This document shows, piece after piece, positions 47,114 to 56,389 of a DNA stretch of 64,000 nucleotides. The DNA comes from a virus. The notes under the pieces are model-generated. The model saw only the letters and a list, made by a program, of their open reading frames with translations, was not told the DNA's origin and made no database searches. The stretch is from positions 12,697-76,696 of IMG/VR virus record IMGVR_UViG_3300037628_000362; one strand, given 5' to 3'. Position numbers and translations under genes: made by a program. Positions within the stretch are counted from its first letter, which is position 1; each line of letters begins with the position of its first letter.

Positions 47114-47448
47114 AAATTTCGCGGGTACGGGGGTTGTGCGCTTACAGGTGGCCTATCTAGTCCCAGTTGGTACAAGTGAAACGTTCACCATCTTGATGTG
47201 GCAGCGCACAGTTCACGTATGGTTTAATAGGTTAGCCGAATAGTAGGCGTAACCATAGAAATAGCAAGAACATAGAGAAGGGGCGCAATGAGTTACCTGG
47301 CATCATCGGCACCGGTCTGTCTACTACGAGGGATGACGCTCTTTCCAGTTGCGGTCCGGTTCTTCTAGGCCGTTTTCTATCCTGTCGTCGAATAGAATCT
47401 GCCATGCTTCTACGTGGCTGGCCGTCAATTAACAGCCCGGCCCGGTTA

Positions 47449-47793
47449 CTACGTGGCAGCCAATTCCTTTAGACGTTCCTCGGCCTCCGCTTCCCAGTCT
47501 TCCGCTTCTTCTTCCCTGCCGTACATTTCCAAAAGGCTCTGGATAGCCTCTTGTTCCGTGTCGTAGGCGCTGGTGTCAGTATAATCTAAGTAGCCCGGCG
47601 CCGACAATCGGCACAACCAGCGTACTTGTGGCTCGGGTAGCTCGTCATTGAGTGGCCTACCGCTGAGGTAGTCGGCCAGGCCGGCCGTCGTCTTGACTAG
47701 GCCGGACACGGCAGTTTCGACCACATCGAGCCCTTCGGTCGTCTCGATCTCATAACACTCGCTTTTCCAAACATACGGTTGCATGAACGACAT
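47449..47793 (-). CDS. Hypothetical acidic early protein
   Basis: RLSAPGYLDYTD motif; SD GGAGGTGA. Confidence 0.7.
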   Translation of the reverse strand: MSFMQPYVWKSECYEIETTEGLDVVETAVSGLVKTTAGLADYLSGRPLNDELPEPQVRWLCRLSAPGYLDYTDTSAYDTEQEAIQSLLEMYGREEEAEDWEAEAEERLKELAAT

Positions 47794-47890
47794 TTGTCAC
47801 CTCCATTGTCGTGGTGTATCCTGGGGACCATCCCCACTAATGTCATCGGCCGGATATCCTGACGGTGTGAGATATTCGGGCTGGGCGCAT

Positions 47891-47924
47891 AAAAAACCCC
47901 GGCGCCATGAAGCTGACCGGGGTT
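47891..47924 (-). terminator. Rho-independent terminator
   Basis: CCCCGG/CCGGGG stem; A6 on + gives a U-tract on -. Confidence 0.7.
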
Positions 47925-47930
47925 CTGGGG

Positions 47931-48245
47931 CTAGATATCACATTGTACCGCGCGGCCGGCAGCTAACTCCACGCATGCGATATGTGCCCGGGCGATTCGG
48001 TCGCCTACTCCCGTTGTATCTGGTGCCTGTATCCGAGCCAGCCCGGCCAGTTTATCCAATACGGCAATCATCACTGGGTGTTGGTTCCGTAAATCCGGAC
48101 CGCGGTTTGGCGTCGTGTCGATAAATAAGACAAGGTTTCTTAGTATAGCACGAATATTATCGGTACATTGGACATCAATGGCCCACTGTGCCGCTATCTT
48201 CGTAGCCTCGTCTGCTTCGATATGTATACGTGTCGCGGTTGCCAA
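47931..48245 (-). CDS. Hypothetical early protein
   Basis: TTG start after SD AGGAGGTGA. Confidence 0.6.
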   Translation of the reverse strand: MATATRIHIEADEATKIAAQWAIDVQCTDNIRAILRNLVLFIDTTPNRGPDLRNQHPVMIAVLDKLAGLARIQAPDTTGVGDRIARAHIACVELAAGRAVQCDI

Positions 48246-48447
48246 AAGTCACCTCCTGTTCGAGTTGAGAAAGATCAATATACCGGTTGTATCGACTCAA
48301 TCAGGCCGGCGTCTTGGCCAGAATGCCATAAAACGCGATATTGACGAGAAGGGCCCTGGCTGTCCGTTTATGGCCCTCGGCGCGTTTCGGGTAACATAGT
48401 GAGCCGATATCTGGTCAATTGGGCGTGGCTGGCTGGTGAGTGAGCGC

Positions 48448-48489
48448 AAAAAGCAACCCCAGGGCAACGTTGGGCTGGCCGGGGGTTGT
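48448..48489 (-). terminator. Rho-independent terminator
   Basis: GCAACCCC/GGGGTTGT stem with a U-tract on -. Confidence 0.6.
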
Positions 48490-48493
48490 GAGA

Positions 48494-48793
48494 TCAAACC
48501 GAGGCAAGAGGTATATGCTCGTTTAGCGCAGGGAATTCCTCGTCTTGATGAGCCTCAATAAAATCGTAAGCTTCGGCGATCATGTCGGACGCGGTGCGAT
48601 TACAGCCCTTGCAATCCACCGTTCCGTCGGTGCGTCCACAAAGGCACGGTTGCCACCCCATCCCGCACGCGACACCTGGAAAGTCCCAATCAGAATCGAT
48701 TAAGAGAGTTTCGTCTGCGTAAGGATCGCCGCCCTTCTCTACGATCAAGAAACCGACTGGAGCGTATTTCCTATCGAAGTACACGCTTGCCAT
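48494..48793 (-). CDS. Hypothetical early protein (CxC..TDGTVDC..C)
   Basis: SD GGAGGTGA; DWDFPGVA..GW.PC.C..TDGTVDC. Confidence 0.7.
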   Translation of the reverse strand: MASVYFDRKYAPVGFLIVEKGGDPYADETLLIDSDWDFPGVACGMGWQPCLCGRTDGTVDCKGCNRTASDMIAEAYDFIEAHQDEEFPALNEHIPLASV

Positions 48794-49427
48794 AAAATCA
48801 CCTCCGTTCGAGTTGAGAAAGATCAAATCCGGTTTGTGGCTTCGGTTCGATCGGCCGGCTGAGTCCAGCTATTCCGGCCGGAAGATCGGATTGACCTGAT
48901 GGACCAGCCCCACAAAGCACGTATAGCGGGCAAGGAAGTAAGGGAGGGAGGGAGCTAGGGCGAAGCCCGAGGACAGGCTATGCCATAACGTGCTATGTGG
49001 TAACAGGTTAGGTCAGATCATGGTGTGAAATACGGTGCGGACGGTAGCAACCATGCGATATGAGCCCAGCCCGGCCAGAGTGTAGTCAATGTGATCACAC
49101 GAGATCAAATGTGTAGTCAATGTGATGACACATAGGCACGATCACTACACGCGCCCGCACGCACGCATGTACGCGCATGTATAGTGGCCCTACAGCCCAC
49201 CAATACTGGTCGACTTGGTGTCATATTGACCAGTATGCGTAGAGTATGAGGGTTAGGCATGACGTAACGTGTGGGTAGCACAGGGGTTATGGGTAAGATA
49301 AAACGATAGGGGCCCCATGGGGTCGTCATAATCGATCCACACCCCCCGACCCCGTCTCCGTACGGATGTTAGTTAGCCACCATCTAACTCTGTACCCTAT
49401 TTTGAACCACTACCCCCCGATTATAGC

Positions 49428-50054
49428 CTATCGGATAGTACCGGTCCTGGCGATATCCAGCAGTAGATCACGGAACTCCCGCGGCGTCGCCCCGCGTATC
49501 CTGGTCTTATCTTTCCCGCCAATCATCGCCATAACGCCGATCCTGCGTGCTTTCTCGTATCCGTACCGCTCTAGGGCTTTTGGATGAATCCTCTGTTTTG
49601 CCCTATCCCAGTTAAGCTCCGGACGATCAATGCCAACGACGTACAGCCAAGTCGGTTTCCTGCTTATGTGGCCGTAGTGGCCCTGCTCGACATAGCAAGT
49701 CCACCCGTCGTAATCATCGGCCTCGATCCATCCTTGGCCTATTTTCGGGGGTTTCAGGCCGAAATACTTCCATGCCTTAGAATAGGCCGGGTGCTCTAAA
49801 ACACCGCAGTAGTTACGGATAGCAGTTAAGGCCGAAGAAAAGCAGCCTTCGTCCTCGCCGAGCCTGAATTGGTGTGGTTTCCTAGTGGATCCGTGCCAGA
49901 ATCGACCCCATCTCTTGCATGGTGGATGTGCGATTACAGGGTGTGGACCGGTGTATTTTCTGGCGTCCCTGGACTCATCCCAAGGATCGACATCGGGAAT
50001 CCCGTAGTAGGCACCACCTGAATCAACGAAAAGTGCGACAACTGTTATTTCCAT
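49428..50054 (-). CDS. DNA cytosine methyltransferase-like protein
   Basis: VALFV...DAR.Y...VIAHPPC (PC catalytic-like), VLEHP, SRKPTWLY, ATPREF. Confidence 0.55.
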   Translation of the reverse strand: MEITVVALFVDSGGAYYGIPDVDPWDESRDARKYTGPHPVIAHPPCKRWGRFWHGSTRKPHQFRLGEDEGCFSSALTAIRNYCGVLEHPAYSKAWKYFGLKPPKIGQGWIEADDYDGWTCYVEQGHYGHISRKPTWLYVVGIDRPELNWDRAKQRIHPKALERYGYEKARRIGVMAMIGGKDKTRIRGATPREFRDLLLDIARTGTIR

Positions 50055-50137
50055 ACGTAACTGTAGGTTACGCTATCAAGAACTTCAAGCGGACGGCCAC
50101 CGACCCCCGCACCGTATTTCACACCTATACCCCCATA

Positions 50138-50344
50138 TCAGAGCTTATCGAGTAGTTTCTGCCAGCCACGGTGGCTATCTTCTATCAGCCCTTCTAAAGC
50201 CTCTATTGCGTTCAGTGCCTCCTCTAGGCAGTCTGTCGTGGCGTCCAGGGCCCTTTCGCAGTAATCTCGGCATAACCGGCGACAGCCAAGATTAGCACAC
50301 TCCCGGTTTTCCTTAATCAGCTCTCTGACTCCTTTATACTTCAT
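50138..50344 (-). CDS. Hypothetical protein
   Basis: SD AGGAG. Confidence 0.5.
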   Translation of the reverse strand: MKYKGVRELIKENRECANLGCRRLCRDYCERALDATTDCLEEALNAIEALEGLIEDSHRGWQKLLDKL

Positions 50345-50372
50345 TTCGGTTCTCCTGTTTTGTGACAACGTG

Positions 50373-50576
50373 TCACACGGGCTTTTCCAGCGGTGCTGGC
50401 CGGATCTGCCAAAGCGGCACGGTCAGGATCTTGGTCTCCGTCCCTGGTCCGTATTTACCAAACGCCTTCACATCGGCGTACTCTCCTGATGTGCTGAGCA
50501 CGACGCCAGTGAGCGGATACCCTCTGGCATTCTGGAGGTTGCTGAAAATAACGAGATCGTCTTTTTTAATCATCAT
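50373..50576 (-). CDS. Small SH3/KOW-like hypothetical protein
   Basis: SD AAGGAG; flanked by two inverted 15-bp sites. Confidence 0.5.
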   Translation of the reverse strand: MMIKKDDLVIFSNLQNARGYPLTGVVLSTSGEYADVKAFGKYGPGTETKILTVPLWQIRPAPLEKPV

Positions 50577-50627
50577 GCTCTCCTTTTGTGACACGTTGTC
50601 ACATGCCCATAACTTCCGTGATTTCGA

Positions 50628-50840
50628 TCAGTTTGGCCGCTCAACGCCCCGAAGCAGCCCCGCTGCCCATTGAAGCTTACTGCCGACTTCCTTGATTTTG
50701 GCTGCACTTATCGGAAATACGTGGATCTCCGTGCTGCCGATTTGGAGGATAAGTTTTCTGCCGCCCTCGGGACCGTCGTGCGGGTGGATCGTGGCGCAGA
50801 TATACTCCGGCTTCTCGTCCAGTAGAATTACAGTGGCCAT
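50628..50840 (-). CDS. Hypothetical protein (similar to 57648..57869)
   Basis: LQIGSTEIHVFP..AAKIKEVGSKL vs LHIGQDTVRIWP..PEKIEDLGKKL. Confidence 0.55.
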   Translation of the reverse strand: MATVILLDEKPEYICATIHPHDGPEGGRKLILQIGSTEIHVFPISAAKIKEVGSKLQWAAGLLRGVERPN

Positions 50841-51164
50841 TTTTGGTTCTCCTTATCAACTAGATTTGCAGGTTTTCCTCGTGTCATCCCGAACACTATG
50901 CCCGCTATTTGCGTCAAGTCAAATCGCGCACTAGTGGAAGATCAGATATTTTCATGGACATCCTCTCGGTGAAACTCAATATCAGTCACCTCAATTTCCT
51001 CGGCGACAAACTCTCCTTTACCAGCTTTCACGAGGCGATGTGCGTCATCGGCGCTCTCGGCTGTGATTATGTACTCCTGGATTCCGTGAGCTTCCTTAAC
51101 TGTTCCCGGTACGATATATTCTTTCATCTTTCGTCTCATGGTTCTGGTTAAAAGTGACAATGTG

Positions 51165-51872
51165 TCATCTTGACCTGCTTTCCGGCCGCCAGTTCCAGAC
51201 CGGAGGCTTGCCTGAGATTTCAGGCAGAAATATGCCGTCCGCCTTATCTGGCCGAACCCACTTGGCCATGAAGTCTAGTTTACCATTTCGTTCGACCCGG
51301 TAGATAATCCCCTCTGGTTCGCCATGTCGCCAACGCAGCCGCTCGTGTAGCATTATGGCTGAAAGAGTCGATATCGGACCTCCTATATGGAGGGCGTATG
51401 GGGGCATAGGATGATCCACTCTCGCTGAGAATTCATCGAATGAAACCCTTTTCCCTTCCCGCATGATATCGAATGGGGCCCAGGGCTCTTCCCAGTCGTG
51501 TTCGAGTTTGTAAATGGTTCCGTGGGCTTGGGCAAGCCATTCCCCAACGATCCATTCCCCTTTCTGGAGGATACCCAGGAAGCGATGCTTGTTTTCTTCG
51601 ACCCAATCACGAAATAGGTGGTGTTGTTCAAAAGGGCTCGAATCAGCGAGATAACCGGCCTTAGTGAGGGCCAGAATCTTTCCATCCACTAGTGCGATCG
51701 CCGTACATGACCCATCGAGCTTTTGCTGGACGATTACCCTGTCATGTTTGTCCCGCAGCTTCTCGGTACAGATCCTGGCCTGGCCATGGTGGATGTGATG
51801 GTCTCTTGGTCCTAACCTGGAGTTGGGTAGATGTGGGATCGATCCGTACGCTTTTCTTCCGAGTGGTTTCAT
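51165..51872 (-). CDS. RNA ligase family nucleotidyltransferase (Rnl2-like)
   Basis: Motif I KLDGS, GEW, PFDI, EGIIYR, AKWV. Confidence 0.8.
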   Translation of the reverse strand: MKPLGRKAYGSIPHLPNSRLGPRDHHIHHGQARICTEKLRDKHDRVIVQQKLDGSCTAIALVDGKILALTKAGYLADSSPFEQHHLFRDWVEENKHRFLGILQKGEWIVGEWLAQAHGTIYKLEHDWEEPWAPFDIMREGKRVSFDEFSARVDHPMPPYALHIGGPISTLSAIMLHERLRWRHGEPEGIIYRVERNGKLDFMAKWVRPDKADGIFLPEISGKPPVWNWRPESRSR

Positions 51873-51950
51873 GCTTTATCTCCTCTGTCTATATGCCCCT
51901 CAGCGTCCCCACGGGCTCGAATTTGGCGTTGCGGCGCTATCAGGGTAGTT

Positions 51951-52199
51951 TCAGTAGGCCACCGGCAGATCCTCGCCGCAATATGGTTCTAGTCCCGCCT
52001 CAACGGCTTCTATCCTCGCGACCAGTTCTCGCATCGTGATAGTTTCCGCCGGCGCGATCCCGGAAAGTGCCCGGGCGAGTAACTCGGAAATTGCTGTCGT
52101 TTTCTGGAGTATTCGTCCATCACGCTGGCCCCGTCGCACGTCACGATAAGCCTTCAGTGCACTTTCTTGATCGGAATTCAAGTTGACGGTATGTCTCAT
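51951..52199 (-). CDS. Putative small DNA-binding regulator (RHH-like)
   Basis: HTVNLNSDQESAL...KTTAISELLARAL; SD AAGGAG. Confidence 0.45.
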   Translation of the reverse strand: MRHTVNLNSDQESALKAYRDVRRGQRDGRILQKTTAISELLARALSGIAPAETITMRELVARIEAVEAGLEPYCGEDLPVAY

Positions 52200-52218
52200 A
52201 GTTTTTCTCCTTTTTGCG

Positions 52219-52761
52219 TTATTTAGACCTACGGAAGCGAATCCACCGCGTGATCCTGCGGACTCTGAATATACGCACCAGAAGGAATCGCCCTATTGCC
52301 ATTCCTGTTCGCCATGGCCACGTAGAAATCCGCTTATACAAGAGAAATCTTCGCATCCGAGGCAGGTAACTCAGGAGATCAATTTCCCTTCCGAGAGGGA
52401 TTCCATTTTCGAGGTTAACGACAAGCACTGAAAACGACACGGAACCACGGTGATACTCTTTGAATGCCCACGGCTCGATGCGATCATCATGCACCTTAAC
52501 CGAGGCATTATACGCTGCGGCCGCAACCGTAAAGGCTTCCTGGAGACTCAAGATAGTTCTGTCTGGCAGTGTTTTATGGGAGGATATGTTTTGGCAGGCC
52601 GTCTGCCCGCTAGAAATTACAGGTACGCTGGCAGCCACCCGCCCTCCCCACTTTTTGACCTGTCGCTCCCAATAGGGAAATGTGGCGTGAGTAATGAGGT
52701 AGCGTATCTCGTCGAGTACAACCGATTTAGATAGGGGTTTTCTGGTGTCCTCGTGGGTCAT
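52219..52761 (-). CDS. Hypothetical protein
   Basis: SD GGGAG; 180-aa ORF. Confidence 0.5.
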   Translation of the reverse strand: MTHEDTRKPLSKSVVLDEIRYLITHATFPYWERQVKKWGGRVAASVPVISSGQTACQNISSHKTLPDRTILSLQEAFTVAAAAYNASVKVHDDRIEPWAFKEYHRGSVSFSVLVVNLENGIPLGREIDLLSYLPRMRRFLLYKRISTWPWRTGMAIGRFLLVRIFRVRRITRWIRFRRSK

Positions 52762-53080
52762 TTTATCTTCTCCCTGGAGTGTGATTAGTACGTTCCTACG
52801 CTCGCAACTTCCGTAATCGGGAACTTATGCGGAACGCCAAGATGCGAAAACGACACTTCACCTTCAGAAACCACCAACTGTACAAAATCCGATGGCATAC
52901 CTTCCATGATATGCCCGCCTTTTTTCGCATCCGGCTTATGATGGATCGAGATGACACTGCCGTATTCCAGAGCCTCTTTGATGTCTTCTTTTGTTCTGTA
53001 CAACATATCAATTACCCTTATTCTGGAGGAAATCACGGCCCCGATACAAAACACTACCCCACGAAACCATCCCCGTCAAC

Positions 53081-53108
53081 TTGACAGGACCAGAACGCGA
53101 AGTAGACT
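53081..53108 (+). promoter_or_regulatory. sigma70 promoter of a two-gene + island
   Basis: TTGACA-N16-TAGACT. Confidence 0.6.
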
Positions 53109-53146
53109 TGACTGTCTCATACCAACCTAACCGGAGGAACATCGAA

Positions 53147-53554
53147 ATGCAGCCTTATCAAGAGAGAATGATTGCCGAGAAGTCTGAACTCGACGCGAAG
53201 CTCAAGAGACTGGGTTATTTCATGCGGAGTAGGATCAAACAGTTACCGCCGAACGAGTGGTCGGAACTGGTCCGACAGAGTCGTGTTATGAGAGAATACA
53301 GCGAAATCCTTGGATCTCGAATCAAGAACTTCGGCCCAATAGACTGGAGCTACCCGAGTAAACTCGTAACGCGCAGTGGCCATGATATTCGGGATTGTGG
53401 GAGACTGCCATTACATGGTTCCAGCTCAGAACAAACTCATTGGGCACTCCACTTCGACGAAGATGGCCATCCGTCCCTTGACTTCTACTACGAGAACGGT
53501 ATCTACCACGTCTCTAGGAATAATAGAAGTCAGTACGATATCATCCAGAAGTGA
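53147..53554 (+). CDS. crAss001_48-like helical domain fused to a paralog of the 23540 domain
   Basis: YQERMIAEKSELDAKL..L..F...Q...M.EYSEIL..RI; SD GGAGG. Confidence 0.65.
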   Translation: MQPYQERMIAEKSELDAKLKRLGYFMRSRIKQLPPNEWSELVRQSRVMREYSEILGSRIKNFGPIDWSYPSKLVTRSGHDIRDCGRLPLHGSSSEQTHWALHFDEDGHPSLDFYYENGIYHVSRNNRSQYDIIQK

Positions 53555-53558
53555 TACC

Positions 53559-53861
53559 ATGCCAGATATTTCAAGACGTTCATTCATCTTAGCTTCTTTG
53601 GCAGCGATCCCTGGTGTCCGGGCGCTATTCGGTCCCGCCCAGGTGTGCGAATACAAGTTCAGTGTCCCGGATGCGGATCCGCTTGTGTTTACATCGTATA
53701 CCGACGGCACTCTGCGCGGCCACAGGGGCAATCGAGAAATGCAATCAGAAGACAGCGGCGATGGTTATGTTCTGTTCACCGAAAAGGACAATTCGATCGC
53801 CCGCGTCCGCCTCGAACCTTCTAAGTGCTTACGTGTTGACTGGTTTACGATCTGGGGCTAA
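53559..53861 (+). CDS. Protein with twin-arginine-like signal
   Basis: MPDISRRSFILASLAAIP. Confidence 0.55.
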   Translation: MPDISRRSFILASLAAIPGVRALFGPAQVCEYKFSVPDADPLVFTSYTDGTLRGHRGNREMQSEDSGDGYVLFTEKDNSIARVRLEPSKCLRVDWFTIWG

Positions 53862-54326
53862 CGGTCGAGGTAATTCTCCATAACTGAACGTTTCCCATTC
53901 CGTTTCGTCCCAGTCGCGAGTTTTACGCTCGCATTCAGGGTGTATGTGCATAATAATGAAGCCATCCTCGATGGCTGTTCGGTGCCGATAGGGTTCTCCG
54001 ACCAGGATTGATTCGCCGCACAGTAAACACTCATGCGGCTTACGGGCCTTAATGTCCTTGTCTCTAAGGAGCCCTAGCATGATATGTGAGTTTTTCGGTA
54101 TTACACGTTTTTGTTCAAATGCCTTCGTATAGTCGTTTGTCAGTCCGGCAACACAATCCAGCGCGCGCCAGGACCGGTCAGCCATTTCCTGAAACCAGTC
54201 AGTATCGTCTCGACGGAACTTCTTTATCGCTCTTGATACCTCATTATTAACGAGTGTCAGTATCCGGTGCGTATCATCGAAGCTCCCGGACATAAGTACA
54301 TTCCAGCCGTTCGCATTTGTGTCCAT
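53829..54326 (-). CDS. Hypothetical protein with KARKPHxCxxC Zn finger
   Basis: KARKPHECLLCGE.I..GE.Y...HPEC. Confidence 0.6.
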   Translation of the reverse strand: MDTNANGWNVLMSGSFDDTHRILTLVNNEVSRAIKKFRRDDTDWFQEMADRSWRALDCVAGLTNDYTKAFEQKRVIPKNSHIMLGLLRDKDIKARKPHECLLCGESILVGEPYRHRTAIEDGFIIMHIHPECERKTRDWDETEWETFSYGELPRPLAPDRKPVNT

Positions 54327-54344
54327 AATTTTCCTGTTCTGGAG

Positions 54345-54557
54345 TTATTTAGGCCCACGGAAGCGTTCCCACCGTGCGATCATGTGGTTTGCCAGCTCAT
54401 TGCGTTCCTCTGGCTTCAGGTCCGCTAAGTGAAGGAACTCCCAATCGTATCCGCCGAACACCATTTCCTCGGTCGGCCCGATCCCGATAATCCCGAAATT
54501 CGCACTCCCTTTCCGGCCCGTAGACTCGAAGGTCACGTCATCTCCGTTGATTTTCAT
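54345..54557 (-). CDS. Hypothetical protein
   Basis: SD AGGA. Confidence 0.55.
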   Translation of the reverse strand: MKINGDDVTFESTGRKGSANFGIIGIGPTEEMVFGGYDWEFLHLADLKPEERNELANHMIARWERFRGPK

Positions 54558-54861
54558 GGAGCTTTCCTATTCTGGAGTTATTTAGGCAGGCCATGTAACT
54601 TACCATCGGAATCCTGCGTGAGCCATACGTCACTGAGACACCACGTCCACGGCTTCCACCATATACCCCGGCGTGCTAGAATGGCAGTCACGATCGCCCA
54701 GGTGTCGTCTCGTGGCCTTCCGCAGCCCTCGCAGATAAGATCGCCTGGTTGACCTAATTGGATGTGCCTTCCTATCGGAAGCCAGAACGACCAGCCGCAT
54801 CTCGGGCACACGGCCCGTTTATGCCATCCCGCAGGAAATGGTTCAGTGTGGGTATGGAACA

Positions 54862-55158
54862 TCAGTTTTCTCCTACTGGTTCGTAGGTTATCGGAAAGAT
54901 ATCTGGCTTGCACGGGTATATTTCTCCCTGAACGCCCTGAATGATCCAGTCTCCCCAGGATATAAGTTGCTGGCCCTCTAGCGTCCCGATCGACAGTGTT
55001 CCGCCTTCGCCTTCATCTGTTGGATAGAGTGATCCCTCTGACCCGCGCTCTTTGTCCCAGGCTTGATGAAGCCATTCCGGCCAATCTGTGCCATCTCTAC
55101 GGCGATGGGGCGTCATCTGGAAGGCTTCGACAATGACGGGTCGTTTGCGATATTTCAT
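54862..55158 (-). CDS. Conserved phage protein (YRKxPVxxEA...TLEG...YPCKPDIF family)
   Basis: MKYRKRPVIVEAFQ, IGTLEG, GDWIIQGVQGEIYPCKPDIF. Confidence 0.8.
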   Translation of the reverse strand: MKYRKRPVIVEAFQMTPHRRRDGTDWPEWLHQAWDKERGSEGSLYPTDEGEGGTLSIGTLEGQQLISWGDWIIQGVQGEIYPCKPDIFPITYEPVGEN

Positions 55159-55426
55159 CTTGTATCTCCTGGTAATGGTAGAATGTCGTCAGACACAAGC
55201 GCCCCGGATCGAACTCAGTCTGGTGATATCCCCGCATGCGGCCCTCCATTCAGAGCGGGACTTATCCCAGGAATCAGGCTCTCCTACGGTCTCCACAGAC
55301 CGGAGCAGGCAGTCCGCGGTGATGATCAACTTATTGCGCCGCGAGATCGCTTCTGCGGAAGTAGCTAGAAGGTCGGTGATTTGCTTTATTGCTGATGGCA
55401 TGCTTTCTCCTTTTTAGTGGTCATAA

Positions 55427-55897
55427 CTATATCACCCATGTAAAAATCTTTGAATCGCCTGAGAACTTGGCCGTACTGACATCGTAGGCGGGGTCCAGGT
55501 TAAATTTGAACACGGTTTTATTTTCGCTATCAGGGGCGTACAGCGTCTTACCAGAATCATCGAACGCTATGCCCGTGGGTAACAATGACTTAGCAAACTG
55601 GTCGGTCCATCTCGCTTTCTTATAATGCTTCAGAGTCGAGTTCACGAAGTCGTCGACTTGTTCTGGCATAAGGCGATCCTCGTCATCGATCGGAGGTGTG
55701 CCCCAAAAGCCCACCTTCTGAGTCGTGTCCGTGCCGACCATGATGTTCGCGGCGCCTGTCTGCCCGGCCAGTCGCTCCAGGACATGGTTCACGTGCGCGT
55801 CAACTAACTCAGGCTTGAGCATTCCGCGGTCCGGCCATTGCGAGGGCCTGACTGTGGCGTCTGGCTCGAACGTGCTGAAGGGGATTAGTTCGGTCAT
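55427..55897 (-). CDS. Mosaic protein containing fragments of virion proteins
   Basis: Segments match 7545..8243 and one blade of 8376..13721; SD GAGGA. Confidence 0.7.
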   Translation of the reverse strand: MTELIPFSTFEPDATVRPSQWPDRGMLKPELVDAHVNHVLERLAGQTGAANIMVGTDTTQKVGFWGTPPIDDEDRLMPEQVDDFVNSTLKHYKKARWTDQFAKSLLPTGIAFDDSGKTLYAPDSENKTVFKFNLDPAYDVSTAKFSGDSKIFTWVI

Positions 55898-56041
55898 TTC
55901 TTCCTCTGCGGTCGTTCGATCTTAATGAAATGTCCGTTGCGTAGGATGGCGGCCGGGCACATTATCAAGAACCACGTTCCGAGCCAGACCCAGAACGAAC
56001 TGAAAATGAACTCCAAAACCTCAAGCATCGATATTCTCCTT

Positions 56042-56389
56042 TTAGTCGGGTAGGTCTCGTTTCCGCCTGTTCTTTAGGTCGATGTCGGCACCGCAGTGCT
56101 TACATAGCTTTGTCTTCCTGGCACACTCCAGACAGAGCACGTCGACATTAGTGCTTCCGGATCGGATCATCTCCTCGCAGTGAGCACATTGCCGTTCAGT
56201 CATAGAGGCACCACCAATCCTGGCCGTCTTAAAACAGATGGGGCACTCTTGCACAGCGAGGCGATTTTTGCGGTCAATATCATTGTCGACACGATCTAGG
56301 AATGCGCGTTTCGACTCGATAAGGTGCTTGGACTCGTCGTTTCGTCGCTCGATATATGATCGATCAATTTTCTGTCGGTGTGCTTCCAT
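56042..56389 (-). CDS. Cys-rich Zn-finger protein (paralog of 57984..58349)
   Basis: CPIC..CAHC..LCLECA..LCKHCGADIDL. Confidence 0.7.
   Translation of the reverse strand: MEAHRQKIDRSYIERRNDESKHLIESKRAFLDRVDNDIDRKNRLAVQECPICFKTARIGGASMTERQCAHCEEMIRSGSTNVDVLCLECARKTKLCKHCGADIDLKNRRKRDLPD

Noticed and set aside
42296-47800. Weak half-matches to the 15-bp motif (42299, 44943, 47787)
   Set aside because: Wrong spacing or at least 4 mismatches; not counted as sites.
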